Of a DNA stretch of 61,654 bases, positions 1 through 9,732 are shown one piece after another. The stretch lies in NCBI GenBank assembly GCA_046594925.1, contig JBKJQG010000306.1, positions 1 to 61,654 on the forward strand, written 5' to 3'. This DNA comes from Bacteroidia bacterium. GTDB taxonomy: Bacteria > Bacteroidota > Bacteroidia > 2-12-FULL-35-15. The translations under genes and the position numbers were made by a program. The stretch's first letter is position 1. Each line of letters begins with the position of its first letter. The notes under the pieces were generated by a model. That model saw nothing but the letters and a program-made list of their open reading frames with translations. It did not search any database and was not told where the DNA came from.

Positions 1-196
1 GAGCACTAATAGTCGTTTTGACATTTTTTTAGGAAATTTTTTGTGAGGTTAGTTTATAGGTGTGGTGTTTTCGTGATGTAAATGTATAGCAAAAAAACAT
101 TCTGTTATAAAATGTTAAATAATATTTATTTGGATAACTTTCAGGAGGAGGAGGCGTTATAGATGAGTACATTTGAAAGGATGATTTAAGAGGTTG

Positions 197-285
197 CTCG
201 CGGATCACGCAGATTTTATAGACTGCACAAATACACATGCAAAGGGGATTTACCTTTTTTTGCGAAAATCTGCGAAATCTGCGAG
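197..285. repeat. CGCAGAT-word palindromic element, copy 1
   Basis: Left arm 197-217 matches the reverse complement of 265-285 at 18/21 positions. The core is 43 nt. Confidence 0.7.
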
Positions 286-425
286 AAAAAACTGGGCTGG
301 AATTATGGAATTCGGCTCGTTTTATGCTCTAAGTGGAGGAGTTAAACCTGAAAACAACCGTCTGTCAAATTAACAAAAAAAACTCCGGGTCTGCGTATAA
401 AAATGACCCCTCTCAAATCTGATCT

Positions 426-1172
426 ATGGAATTAAAAATGTTCTTACTGCCACTGACTTTCGGGTTGGTTTTAGCCTCCTGCGGCAAGCCCGTAAAAGTG
501 ACTCCGGTGGCTCCTGAGGCAAAAAAGTCAGCTTCTCTGATCATTGGAAACCCTCTGGATTGTGGAGTGGAGAACATTTCCTTTTTCCCGGTCGGGACCA
601 ATTACAAACCTAAGATCTTTGAAGGAAGCGAGGTCATTAAAGCGCTAAAGGGAGCAGTGCTTGGATTTACGATGAATAGCCGCGGTTCTTATCTCGACAG
701 CAGTGCTGAAACCGAGTATTTGAACGGTAATGAGAACGAATTCGATATCCGAAACATCCTTTTCTATGACCGGAAAACAGGCCTGACTTACCCGCTCGTT
801 TCCGATACCATCCACATTTTATCCTTCGCCACCCACAAGGAATTTCCCAAGCCTATGATCTTTTACAGGGTCGTGAAGAAGGACTTCAACCTGGATTCGG
901 TCTATAATTCAAAGGATCCCGTGATGCTTTTCATCTCCGACATTTTCGGAAAGAACATGACTCAGATCACGCCGGATGATGAGCAGTTCCTTGAATATTC
1001 ATATTACGCCGATACCCAGAAGATCCTGATCAAAACCTCCATCGACAGAGATGAGAACAAAGAGTTTGCAGCTAACGATGAGACCAATTTCAGGGACATG
1101 GACATCAATGCACCAAAAATGGGAAGAGAGATCTTTTCTACTTCTTTAAAAGATTCATTAAGATTTAAATAA
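426..1172 (+). CDS. hypothetical lipoprotein
   Basis: 248-aa ORF. N-terminus MELKMFLLPLTFGLVLASCGK has a signal peptide and a lipobox Cys. No catalytic motif recognised. Confidence 0.6.
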   Translation: MELKMFLLPLTFGLVLASCGKPVKVTPVAPEAKKSASLIIGNPLDCGVENISFFPVGTNYKPKIFEGSEVIKALKGAVLGFTMNSRGSYLDSSAETEYLNGNENEFDIRNILFYDRKTGLTYPLVSDTIHILSFATHKEFPKPMIFYRVVKKDFNLDSVYNSKDPVMLFISDIFGKNMTQITPDDEQFLEYSYYADTQKILIKTSIDRDENKEFAANDETNFRDMDINAPKMGREIFSTSLKDSLRFK

Positions 1173-1251
1173 ATAGATTGTTTTGTAACACACAGATTTG
1201 TAAATTAGCTCCATAGGAGCCCCTTCGGGGTAATAATTCGAAATTCGTAAA

Positions 1252-3369
1252 ATGAAAATATCAAAAAAACTACTACTGATCATACCCGCAGCACTCGCGC
1301 TGGTATCAGCAACCATCATAAATGTTCAGTCCGACAAGGAAGAGGCCATCGATCAGATCCTGATGCAGAGTCTGAACAGTGTTCACTATTCACCCCATGT
1401 CATTGATAACGACTTTTCAGAGAAAGTATACAAGCTTTACCTGCAGCGGTTGGACTATAATAAGAAGTTCCTTATTCAGTCCGATGTGGACGAACTCAAA
1501 TCCTACGAAAAACTGGTTGATGACGACATCAACAAAGCCACCTTTACCTTTTTTGATAAATCCTTCGACATTATTAATGCAAGGGTTGAAGAAGCCAAAG
1601 TCTATTATACCGACATTCTTTCCAAACCATTTGACTTTACGGTGGAAGAGAACATTCAGCTGGATGCAGAGAAGATCGGCTATGCAAAAGACAGAGAGGC
1701 TTTGAAGGAAGATTGGAGAAAATCCCTGAAATACCAGACGCTCGCCCGCGTAGTGGAGATGATGGACAACCAGGAGAAAGCCCACGAAAAAAGCGATACC
1801 GTGACCCTGAAAAGCAGAGAAGTGCTGGAAGTGGAAGCCCGCAAGAAAATTCTTAAAAGCAATGATGATTATTTCAAAAGGCTGAAGGAATTCGACCGCA
1901 ACGACCGCATCGCCATCTACTTTAATGCCATAGCAGGAATTTATGATCCGCATACAGAATTCTTTGCTCCTAAGGATAAAGCGAATTTCGACATCGGCAT
2001 GACCGGACAATTGGAAGGAATTGGAGCACAGCTTCAGGAAAAAGACGGCTTCATCAAAGTAAGCAGCATCGTTCCGGGAAGTGCATCCTATAAACAGGGG
2101 CAACTGAAAGGCGGAGATATCATCTTAAAAGTAGCACAAGGAGAAGCAGAACCGGTAGACGTGGTCGACATGAAAATGGACGATGCTGTACAATTGGTGA
2201 GAGGGAAGAAAGGAACAGAAGTGAGATTGACAGTCAAAAAGCCTGACGGAAGTGTATTGATCATCCCGATCATCCGAGACATTGTGGTTTTGGAAGATTC
2301 CTACGCACAGTCCGTGATCTTAAAAGGAAAAAAGAACATCGGTTATATTAAGCTGCCTTCTTTCTACGCTGATTTCTCAGGAAAAAGTGGAAGAAGCTGT
2401 TCTAAAGACATTAAGAAAGAACTGGAAAAACTGAAAGCAGAGAATGTGGACGGCGTGATCTTGGATCTTCGTTACAACGGTGGCGGTTCGTTGCCGGATG
2501 TGGTTGACATGGCCGGTCTGTTTATCGACAAAGGACCAGTTTGCCAGGTAAAACAAAAGAATGCAGCAGCACAGGTGTTGGAGGACAGAGAATCAGGAAT
2601 AGTGTATGACGGACCTTTGACGGTGATGGTGAATTCCAATTCCGCTTCAGCGTCTGAGATCCTTGCCGCAGCTATTCAGGATTATAACAGAGGATTGATC
2701 GTGGGAACTTCTCCCGCATCTTTCGGAAAAGGAACCGTTCAGCGTTTCTTCAACCTGGATGACTATCTGCCTCCTGCTTATGCCAACATCAAGCCTTTGG
2801 GTGAAGTGAAGATCACCACTCAGAAATTCTATCGGATCAACGGAGGAACCACTCAGTTAAAAGGTGTCATTCCAGATGTCGTATTACCGGATCCTTATTA
2901 TTTATTGGACCAGGGTGAAAAGGAGCAGGATTATCCGATGGAGTGGGACGAGATCACCCCGGCGAAATATCAGACTTTGAAACAGGGTTATTCTATTTCA
3001 CAGCTGAAATCCAACAGTGCTGAGCGCGTGAAGAACAATCCTGGCTTTGCCATCCTTAACGATGCAGCAAAACGTTTGAAAAAACAAAAAGACAATACCA
3101 ATGTCTCTTTGAACTTCGATAAATACGTGGCTGAACAAAAAGCTTACAAAGCAGAAGCGAAGAAGATGGATGCACTCGATAAAGAGATCGAAGGCATAGA
3201 TGTGCAGGCATTGAAAGCAGATGCTTTCCCTGAAAGCGATACCGTGAAAGTAAATAAGAACAAAGACTGGTACAAAGCTTTGAAAAAAGACATCTACCTG
3301 CACGAGACCGTATCCATCATGAATGAGATGAATAATGGAGTAACAATGAATAAAGGAAAAGTGAAATAG
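1252..3369 (+). CDS. S41-family C-terminal processing (tail-specific) peptidase
   Basis: 705 aa with a signal peptide and a PDZ-like segment (GIGAQL...GDIILKV). S41 motifs LDLRYNGGGSL, NSNSASASEI (Ser) and SFGKGTVQ (Lys). Confidence 0.9.
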   Translation: MKISKKLLLIIPAALALVSATIINVQSDKEEAIDQILMQSLNSVHYSPHVIDNDFSEKVYKLYLQRLDYNKKFLIQSDVDELKSYEKLVDDDINKATFTFFDKSFDIINARVEEAKVYYTDILSKPFDFTVEENIQLDAEKIGYAKDREALKEDWRKSLKYQTLARVVEMMDNQEKAHEKSDTVTLKSREVLEVEARKKILKSNDDYFKRLKEFDRNDRIAIYFNAIAGIYDPHTEFFAPKDKANFDIGMTGQLEGIGAQLQEKDGFIKVSSIVPGSASYKQGQLKGGDIILKVAQGEAEPVDVVDMKMDDAVQLVRGKKGTEVRLTVKKPDGSVLIIPIIRDIVVLEDSYAQSVILKGKKNIGYIKLPSFYADFSGKSGRSCSKDIKKELEKLKAENVDGVILDLRYNGGGSLPDVVDMAGLFIDKGPVCQVKQKNAAAQVLEDRESGIVYDGPLTVMVNSNSASASEILAAAIQDYNRGLIVGTSPASFGKGTVQRFFNLDDYLPPAYANIKPLGEVKITTQKFYRINGGTTQLKGVIPDVVLPDPYYLLDQGEKEQDYPMEWDEITPAKYQTLKQGYSISQLKSNSAERVKNNPGFAILNDAAKRLKKQKDNTNVSLNFDKYVAEQKAYKAEAKKMDALDKEIEGIDVQALKADAFPESDTVKVNKNKDWYKALKKDIYLHETVSIMNEMNNGVTMNKGKVK

Positions 3370-3398
3370 TTTTTTGAGTTTAATGTTTGTGAGAGAAA

Positions 3399-3424
3399 GG
3401 CCCTGTAGAAATGCGGGGCTTTTT
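3399..3424 (+). terminator. rho-independent terminator of the S41 peptidase gene
   Basis: GCCCTG (3400-3405), an 8-nt loop, CGGGGC (3414-3419), then TTTTT. The G-U wobble pairs only in the + orientation. Confidence 0.6.
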
Positions 3425-3433
3425 GCGTAAGGA

Positions 3434-3464
3434 CCTCACCCTAACCCTCTTCAAAGGAGAGGGG
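3434..3464. repeat. REP-like hairpin cctcaccctaaCCCTCTtcaaaggAGAGGGg
   Basis: 6-bp stem CCCTCT/AGAGGG (3445-3450 / 3458-3463) lying between two convergent terminators. From memory it resembles a motif widespread in Bacteroidota intergenic DNA. Confidence 0.4.
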
Positions 3465-3504
3465 ATTTGTTCACTCTTGTAATCTGCGACAAATGGAACA
3501 CAAC

Positions 3505-3536
3505 AAAAAAGCCCCACATTTCTGTAGGGCTTTTTC
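3505..3536 (-). terminator. rho-independent terminator of the MORN-repeat gene (sequence twin of 3399-3424)
   Basis: On the minus strand: GCCCTA, loop CAGAAATG, TGGGGC, then TTTTTT. It uses the same AGAAATG loop as the + strand terminator 100 nt away. Confidence 0.6.
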
Positions 3537-3552
3537 TATAATTAATTGTGGC

Positions 3553-4101
3553 TTATTTCACCAACTCGCCATTCTTGTAAGTCTGTGTTCCGATTACTTT
3601 GCCGGTCTCATCGTACCAAGTCCAAACTCCGTCTTTTTGTCCGGCGGTGGTATAAGATCCTTCGTAGTTCTTGTTGCCGTTCTCGTGGTAGCCGGTCCAT
3701 TTTCCGGTGCTTACCATTCCGTCAGCGATACCGCCTTCACTGTGTTTCTTTCCGCTTTTATAGAAATGAGCCGCTGTTCCCGCAGTAAAGTTGACCTCGG
3801 ACTCGAGTAGCCCGTTCTCATGCCATACTTTCCAAGTACCGGTCATGCTTCCTTTATTATAATACTCCTCAGAACGCAACTTGCCGTCTTCGTACCAGTT
3901 GCTCCATTTTCCGTCGCGGATGATGTTTGCTGCCTGGCGTGACTGTACCTCTTTGGATGCACCTGCTTCTAGAGGTTTTCCGATAGTGATCCCTTCGCTT
4001 TTCTTGTTTCCATTTGGCCAGGATTCTGTCCTTTTTTCCTGTGCTGTTGCTACTAAGAACAAAGCAATCGCCGAGAATGTCAATATGATTTTTTTACTCA
4101 T
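3553..4101 (-). CDS. MORN-variant repeat protein (YwqK-like), secreted
   Basis: 182 aa. Signal peptide ending ATA-Q. Repeated G.W..(W/Y)(Y/H)ENG(K/L) units. Confidence 0.7.
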   Translation of the reverse strand: MSKKIILTFSAIALFLVATAQEKRTESWPNGNKKSEGITIGKPLEAGASKEVQSRQAANIIRDGKWSNWYEDGKLRSEEYYNKGSMTGTWKVWHENGLLESEVNFTAGTAAHFYKSGKKHSEGGIADGMVSTGKWTGYHENGNKNYEGSYTTAGQKDGVWTWYDETGKVIGTQTYKNGELVK

Positions 4102-4458
4102 TTTCTTGGGTTTTAATAGGGATAATTTGTTAATACAAAGATAGTTAAATTTTTTTCAGCTCAGATGATTCAAAATACTATATTTATGATGAGAAATGAA
4201 CCCAAAAGGTTGCATCAGCGACCAACAATATGGCAAAATCTAGGCGTATTTTGAATTGTGCGATCGAATTACCATTAACAAATAACAAATGGCGGAATCC
4301 ATGATAGCAAATCATCAGCCCATTAAAAATTTCGCCCATCACGAAGGTAGTTCCTGACCTGTAACAAATCAGAAAGCTCTTCGTCACACCTTTCGACATG
4401 CTATTAAATTAACACTTAACCCTTTTCCATTTAACATCATACATTATACATCTTCCAT

Positions 4459-5325
4459 ATGAATCTATCCATCACAAATCTTTCAAAAACCTACTCCAAT
4501 GGCCTGAAGGCATTGAATAACATCAACCTCGAGATTGGCAGTGGTATGTTCGGTCTTCTCGGGCCCAACGGAGCAGGAAAATCATCTTTGATGCGGACTA
4601 TTGCTACTTTGCAGGAAGCAGACAGCGGCAGTATCACGCTGGGCGGCATGGACGTGCTCAAGCAGAAAGATGAGGTGAGAAAGGTCTTAGGTTACCTGCC
4701 TCAGGATTTCGGTTTCTATCCTCGTGTTTCGGCTTGGGACATGATCAACCATTTCGCCATTCTGAAAGGGATCAGTGATGCTAAGGAGCGTAAAGAAATT
4801 TGCGAGGCTTTGCTGAATCAAACTAACCTTTTTGAAGCAAGAAAAAGAAACATCGGAGATTACTCCGGAGGGATGCGTCAGCGTTTCGGCATTGCACAGG
4901 CTTTGCTTGGAAATCCGAAATTGATCATTGTGGATGAGCCTACGGCAGGATTGGATCCGATGGAACGAAATCGCTTTCATAATTTGTTGAGCGAAATCGG
5001 GGAGAACATCATCGTCATCTTGTCTACTCACATTGTAGAAGATGTGAGGAATCTTTGTTCCAACATGGCCATCATGAATCAGGGAACTGTTTTGTTGTAT
5101 GGCAAACCAAACCAGACGATAGAAGATATGAAGGGCAAAATTTGGATGAAACTGATCGATAAGGAACAGCTGACCGAAAACAAGACCACTCACAAAGTGA
5201 TCTCCACAAAAGTGGTAGAAGGAAAGATTCAGATACACGTTTACAGCGCTACACAGCCGGATGGTTCTTTTGCTCCGTTGACTGCTGATCTGGAGGATGT
5301 TTATTTTGCAACGATTACGAATTAG
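4459..5325 (+). CDS. ABC transporter ATP-binding protein (ABC-2 type)
   Basis: Walker A GPNGAGKS, signature YSGGMRQR, Walker B LIIVDEPTAGLD. Confidence 0.9.
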   Translation: MNLSITNLSKTYSNGLKALNNINLEIGSGMFGLLGPNGAGKSSLMRTIATLQEADSGSITLGGMDVLKQKDEVRKVLGYLPQDFGFYPRVSAWDMINHFAILKGISDAKERKEICEALLNQTNLFEARKRNIGDYSGGMRQRFGIAQALLGNPKLIIVDEPTAGLDPMERNRFHNLLSEIGENIIVILSTHIVEDVRNLCSNMAIMNQGTVLLYGKPNQTIEDMKGKIWMKLIDKEQLTENKTTHKVISTKVVEGKIQIHVYSATQPDGSFAPLTADLEDVYFATITN

Positions 5326-5420
5326 ATCTGAGATGTCAGATGTGGATTTGAGAAAATTTTTTCTTTAGTAATTCACATTAATCGTCTCCAGTCTCAATAC
5401 TCATATCTCAATCCTATACC

Positions 5421-8400
5421 ATGTTCAAGCAAATTTTCTTATTCGAATTAAATCTCTGGCTGAAAAAGCCGGCTACTTATATTTTCTTTCTGGTGTTCTT
5501 CGGATTGTCGCTGTTCATTACTTCTGCCATAGCCGGATTGCTTGGCGGTGCTGAGGAAACGAATGCTACCATCAATTCTGCGAAAGCTGTTGCTGAGGTG
5601 TTGAACGCTCTTAACTCCGACCTGATGGGAATCATTTCCCTCATCATCCTGATCACGATCATTGCTCCGGCAGTATACAAGGATTTTCAATACAACATGC
5701 ATCCTTTGTTGTTCACCAACCCGATTACCAAATTCGGTTACATGTTCGGAAGGTTCTCCGCTTCTTTTCTAGTGGCTTTGTTTGTGGTTTCGGCAACGGT
5801 CCTCGGTCACTGGGTCACTTGTGTTATATTCGGAGTAGATGCAGAACGATTGGGGCCGTTTAATCTGATGAATTACGTTCAGCCTTTTGTTCTGTTCGTC
5901 GTTCCGAACACTTTATTGGTGGGCGCCATCTTTTTCTCCTTGGTGACTTTTTCAAGGAACATGATCTCTGGTTATGTTGGAGCTATAGTGCTTTTGGTTC
6001 TGAAAGGAGTCTCTCCAATTTTATTGTCGGATATCGACAATCAGAACCTGGCAGCCTTGTTGGATCCTTTTGGTGATCAGGCTTTGAATAACGCAACTAA
6101 ATATTGGTCGGCCGAGGAACAAAATACACTCGCACTTCCGATGAGCGGAATTTTATTGTACAACCGTTTGTTGTGGATGGGAATTTCCTTGGCGCTGACG
6201 GGTTTTACTTTTTACCGATTTCAATTCTCTCAGTTCAACAACCCGATTTCTTTTTCCTGGTTCAAAAGAAAAAAAGCGGAGATCAAATCAATTCCTTCAG
6301 CTCCTTTGCTTTCATTGGCGGATCTTCCGAAGGTCAATCCGATCTATACTTTCAAATTCAGTCTGCAACAGATCTGGTTCCTCGCGAAATTTGAATATGT
6401 AAAAGTGACAAAAACAATCTTCTTTCTGATCATAGCGCTGCTCAGTGCCCTCATCCTGACAGTGGTATCGGAAGTCTCCGTTCAGATCTATGGGACTCCG
6501 ACCATGCTGGTAACTCATCAAGTATTGCAGGTGAGCAATGCAGTATTTATCCTGTTTGCACCTTTGCTGATTGTTTTCTATTCCGGTGTCGTGGTTTGGA
6601 GAGAAAAGGATTCAAAGGTGGACGAATTGGTTGGTGCTTCTCCGATTGCATCCAGCACATCATTCCTTTCAAAATTAGCAGGTCTGGTCATGATGCAGGC
6701 TACTTTATTGCTTGTGATAATGGTGACGGGAATCATCATTCAATTGTCGAGCAACTATTACAACGTTGAAGTGCTGTTATACATTAAGGAACTCTTCGGA
6801 TTCAAATTGATTGGCTTAGCATTATTGTGTGCTTTGTCGATGGCACTTCAGGTTTTCTTCAACCAGAAATTCATCGGGTATACAATCTCGGCTTTGCTCA
6901 TCATGGTTTTGCCAATAGCTGCTGGCATACTGGGCTGGAACAGCGGTCTCTATCAATTCAACAGCAGTGGGCCACGCATGCCCTATTCCGACATGAACGG
7001 CTACGGACATCAGGTTTATACATTCATGATTTTTAAAGCCTATTGGGTAAGTTTCGCACTCATCATGATCATTCTTTCCCATTTGCTTTGGAGCAGAGGG
7101 AAAGAGAAAGGAGTGAAAGCTCGATTACGAATTGCCAAAGGAGCATTTAATGGAAAGGCAAAATTGGCTATGACTTTGAGTGTTCTGACTTTTGTTTTGT
7201 TCGGTAGTTTTATTTTTTACAATACGAACATTCTAAACAAGAATATTTCCCAAAAGGATACAGAAAAAATGCAGGCAGAGTTTGAAAAGAAGTACAAAAG
7301 CCTGAGCAAGACGCCTCAGCCACGCATTACTGCTGCGAATTGGAGCGTCGACATCTTTCCGGAAGAACGCGGAGTGAAGATGAAGGGATATTATTTCATT
7401 AAGAACAAGACCAACAAGCCAATCGACAGTCTGCTTCTCAATTTGTATTCTGAAGTGAACGTTTCTGTTCTGGAATTTGCTCCTGAGTACAAAGCGTCCA
7501 TTGCATTGGATGACAAAGATGCAGGATTCAGGATCTACAAGCTGGCAAAAAAGATGCAACCGGGAGATTCGATGAAAGTGACTATTGCGCTGGATTATTT
7601 CCCGAAAGGATTTAAAAATTCGGATGCAGGAACATCCATCGTCTACAACGGAACCTTCTTCAACAGTATGTTCCTTCCGAGCTTCGGATATCCGGAAGGC
7701 TCCGAGTTAACAGATGATTCGGACCGTAAAAAATACGGTTTAGGGAAAAAGGAGCGTATGGCCGCTGTAAATGATTCCACCGCCTTAAAGAACAATTACA
7801 TCACCAGTGATTCCGATTGGATAGATTTTGAATGTACAATGAGCACATCAAAAGATCAGATCGCATTGGCTCCGGGATATTTGTTGAAAGAGTGGGAGCT
7901 GGATGGCAGGAAATATTTCCACTACAAAATGGACTGTCGGATCTTAAATTTTTATTCTTTCCTTTCGGCCCGCTACGAAGTGAAGCGTGATAAATGGGTC
8001 CCGCCGGCTGCTTCAATGAATAAAGAGCCCGTAGCCATAGAGATCTATTACCACAAAGGGCACGAATACAACATTGATAAGATGATCAATGGAATTAAAA
8101 AGTCATTAGATTATTATACTGTGGAGTTCAGTCCTTATCAACATCGTCAGGTTCGCATTTTGGAATTCTCCTTGATTCAAGGAAGATTCGCTCAATCTTT
8201 CCCGAATACCATTCCGTTCTCGGAAGGGATAGGATTCATCGCGAAAGTAGATACAACAGATCCGGAATCGGTGGATTATCCGTTTTATGTGACTGCTCAC
8301 GAGGTGGCGCATCAGTGGTGGGCTCACCAAGTGATCGGCGGAAACGTTCAGGGAGCTACAGTGATGTCGGAAACCATGAGCCAATATTCGGCATTGATGG

Positions 8401-9137
8401 TTATGGAAAAGGAATTCGGAAAACCGGCCATGAAGAAATTCCTCAAATACGAAATGAATACGTATCTGAAAGGCCGCGCGATGGAAGGCAAGAAAGAGAA
8501 ACCGTTGATGCTTTGTGAGAATCAACAATACATTCATTACAACAAAGGAAGTGTTGTGATGTATGCTCTGCGAGATTACATTGGGGAAGATTCATTGAAC
8601 GCTGCTTTGGCGAAATACATCAAGAAAGTCGGCTATCAAGAACCTCCTTACACGAATTCCGTTGAATTCCTGAGTTTTATCCGCGCGGCAACTCCGGACA
8701 GTCTGAAATACATCATTAACGACATGTTCGAGACGATTACTATATACGAGAACAAAACGACAAAATGTTCTTATACAAAAACCAAGGACGGGAAATACCT
8801 GGTCAAAATTTTGGTGGAATGTAAGAAACAAAAGGCCGATAGCATTGGGAAAATGAAAGAAGTGGCCATCGGCGACTGGATTGATATTGGTGTATTCGGA
8901 ACTAAAGATGTGAAAGGAAAGAAAACAGAAACGGAATTGTATCTGAAAAAACGAAAGATCACACAGAATAAAATGGAATTTGAGATCATCGTGAATGATG
9001 AGCCAGAGAAGGTGGGGATAGATCCATATAATAAGTTGATAGATCGTACTCCCGATAACAATACGCGTACGTTTAAAGATTCTGCTCCGGTAACAGATGC
9101 CGGGGATGGCGGAGCGACGGTGGTGATTGGTGGTTAG
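5421..9137 (+). CDS. ABC-2 type permease fused to an M1-family zinc metallopeptidase domain
   Basis: 1238 aa. Roughly the first 600 aa are a run of hydrophobic helices. The C-terminal half carries HEVAHQWW (nt 8298-8312) plus a downstream Glu (VMSETMSQY) and FAQSFPNTIPFSEG where GAMEN would be. Confidence 0.8.
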   Translation: MFKQIFLFELNLWLKKPATYIFFLVFFGLSLFITSAIAGLLGGAEETNATINSAKAVAEVLNALNSDLMGIISLIILITIIAPAVYKDFQYNMHPLLFTNPITKFGYMFGRFSASFLVALFVVSATVLGHWVTCVIFGVDAERLGPFNLMNYVQPFVLFVVPNTLLVGAIFFSLVTFSRNMISGYVGAIVLLVLKGVSPILLSDIDNQNLAALLDPFGDQALNNATKYWSAEEQNTLALPMSGILLYNRLLWMGISLALTGFTFYRFQFSQFNNPISFSWFKRKKAEIKSIPSAPLLSLADLPKVNPIYTFKFSLQQIWFLAKFEYVKVTKTIFFLIIALLSALILTVVSEVSVQIYGTPTMLVTHQVLQVSNAVFILFAPLLIVFYSGVVVWREKDSKVDELVGASPIASSTSFLSKLAGLVMMQATLLLVIMVTGIIIQLSSNYYNVEVLLYIKELFGFKLIGLALLCALSMALQVFFNQKFIGYTISALLIMVLPIAAGILGWNSGLYQFNSSGPRMPYSDMNGYGHQVYTFMIFKAYWVSFALIMIILSHLLWSRGKEKGVKARLRIAKGAFNGKAKLAMTLSVLTFVLFGSFIFYNTNILNKNISQKDTEKMQAEFEKKYKSLSKTPQPRITAANWSVDIFPEERGVKMKGYYFIKNKTNKPIDSLLLNLYSEVNVSVLEFAPEYKASIALDDKDAGFRIYKLAKKMQPGDSMKVTIALDYFPKGFKNSDAGTSIVYNGTFFNSMFLPSFGYPEGSELTDDSDRKKYGLGKKERMAAVNDSTALKNNYITSDSDWIDFECTMSTSKDQIALAPGYLLKEWELDGRKYFHYKMDCRILNFYSFLSARYEVKRDKWVPPAASMNKEPVAIEIYYHKGHEYNIDKMINGIKKSLDYYTVEFSPYQHRQVRILEFSLIQGRFAQSFPNTIPFSEGIGFIAKVDTTDPESVDYPFYVTAHEVAHQWWAHQVIGGNVQGATVMSETMSQYSALMVMEKEFGKPAMKKFLKYEMNTYLKGRAMEGKKEKPLMLCENQQYIHYNKGSVVMYALRDYIGEDSLNAALAKYIKKVGYQEPPYTNSVEFLSFIRAATPDSLKYIINDMFETITIYENKTTKCSYTKTKDGKYLVKILVECKKQKADSIGKMKEVAIGDWIDIGVFGTKDVKGKKTETELYLKKRKITQNKMEFEIIVNDEPEKVGIDPYNKLIDRTPDNNTRTFKDSAPVTDAGDGGATVVIGG

Positions 9138-9253
9138 AACATTGCTTTGTTGGCTGGAGTATCAAAGAAAATTTTAAGAAACCCGCCTCATCTGAGTCAT
9201 CTCTGTTTCATCCTTTGGTTTGGACTTGAATAGCAACATGAAATTCAAATAAA

Positions 9254-9682
9254 ATGAAAAAAAAAGTTTTAGTATTCACTTTAATACTATTTGCAATGAA
9301 CACTTTTTCTCAAACTGAGGATGTGAAAGCGATCATCACGAAATTAATGGACGATCAGGAAGTGGCTTGGAACAAAGGCGATTTGGAAGGGTTTATGTAT
9401 CCTTATTCTAAAAGCGACAGTCTGAAGTTTATTGGCAAGAGTGGAATTACTTACGGGTGGCAAAAGACCTTAGACAATTACAAAAAAAATTATCCCGACA
9501 AAGCCACGATGGGAACATTGGATTTTACCATTCTTAGCATAGACGAAGTTTCTACGAGCGCTGCAGTGGTTGTCGGAAAATGGTTTTTGAAACGTGAGAA
9601 AGGCGATGTTGGCGGTTATTTTACCTTGGTTTGGCGGAGAACGGAAACACGCTGGGTGATTGTGATGGATCATACGAGCTAA
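9254..9682 (+). CDS. NTF2/SnoaL-like (DUF4440-type) secreted protein
   Basis: 142 aa. Signal peptide ending FS-Q. W.KGD.EGF ... GG.FTLVWRR...W.IVMDHTS pattern. Confidence 0.55.
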   Translation: MKKKVLVFTLILFAMNTFSQTEDVKAIITKLMDDQEVAWNKGDLEGFMYPYSKSDSLKFIGKSGITYGWQKTLDNYKKNYPDKATMGTLDFTILSIDEVSTSAAVVVGKWFLKREKGDVGGYFTLVWRRTETRWVIVMDHTS

Positions 9683-9715
9683 AAAAAACCGCAATAGATC
9701 TTATTGCGGTTTTTT
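9682..9715. terminator. bidirectional rho-independent terminator
   Basis: A7, CCGCAATA (9689-9696), loop GATCT, TATTGCGG (9702-9709), T6. Lies between convergent genes. Confidence 0.8.
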
Positions 9716-9732
9716 ATTGCTTTATAAAATTC

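Noticed and set aside
1-425. Possible gene or RNA at the left edge (ORF 29-238 minus; ggaggaggagg run at 153-163)
   Set aside because: The 69-aa ORF is low-complexity and lacks motifs. I recognise no RNA family. Only the CGCAGAT element (197-285) is supportable.
1417-2103. Long antisense or alternative-frame ORFs inside confident genes (for example 1417-2103, 4687-5238, 8106-8537, 27686-28108, 30988-31407, 39165-39644, 55384-55782)
   Set aside because: They are shadow ORFs fully nested in well-supported CDSs on the opposite strand or in another frame. Their low-complexity translations show no motifs.
4184-4399. 71-aa minus-strand ORF in the 357-nt spacer between the MORN gene and the ABC ATPase gene
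   Set aside because: It has no signal, motif or promoter box, and its composition resembles the surrounding AT-rich spacer. The spacer is unusually long, but I cannot support a gene here.
5326-5414. Hairpin between the ABC ATPase and permease genes from GAGAT/ATCTC words in opposite orientation
   Set aside because: Direct pairing gives only about 6-7 contiguous bp (TGAGAT/ATCTCA). That is too weak to call a structured element, although it fits the word-arm theme.
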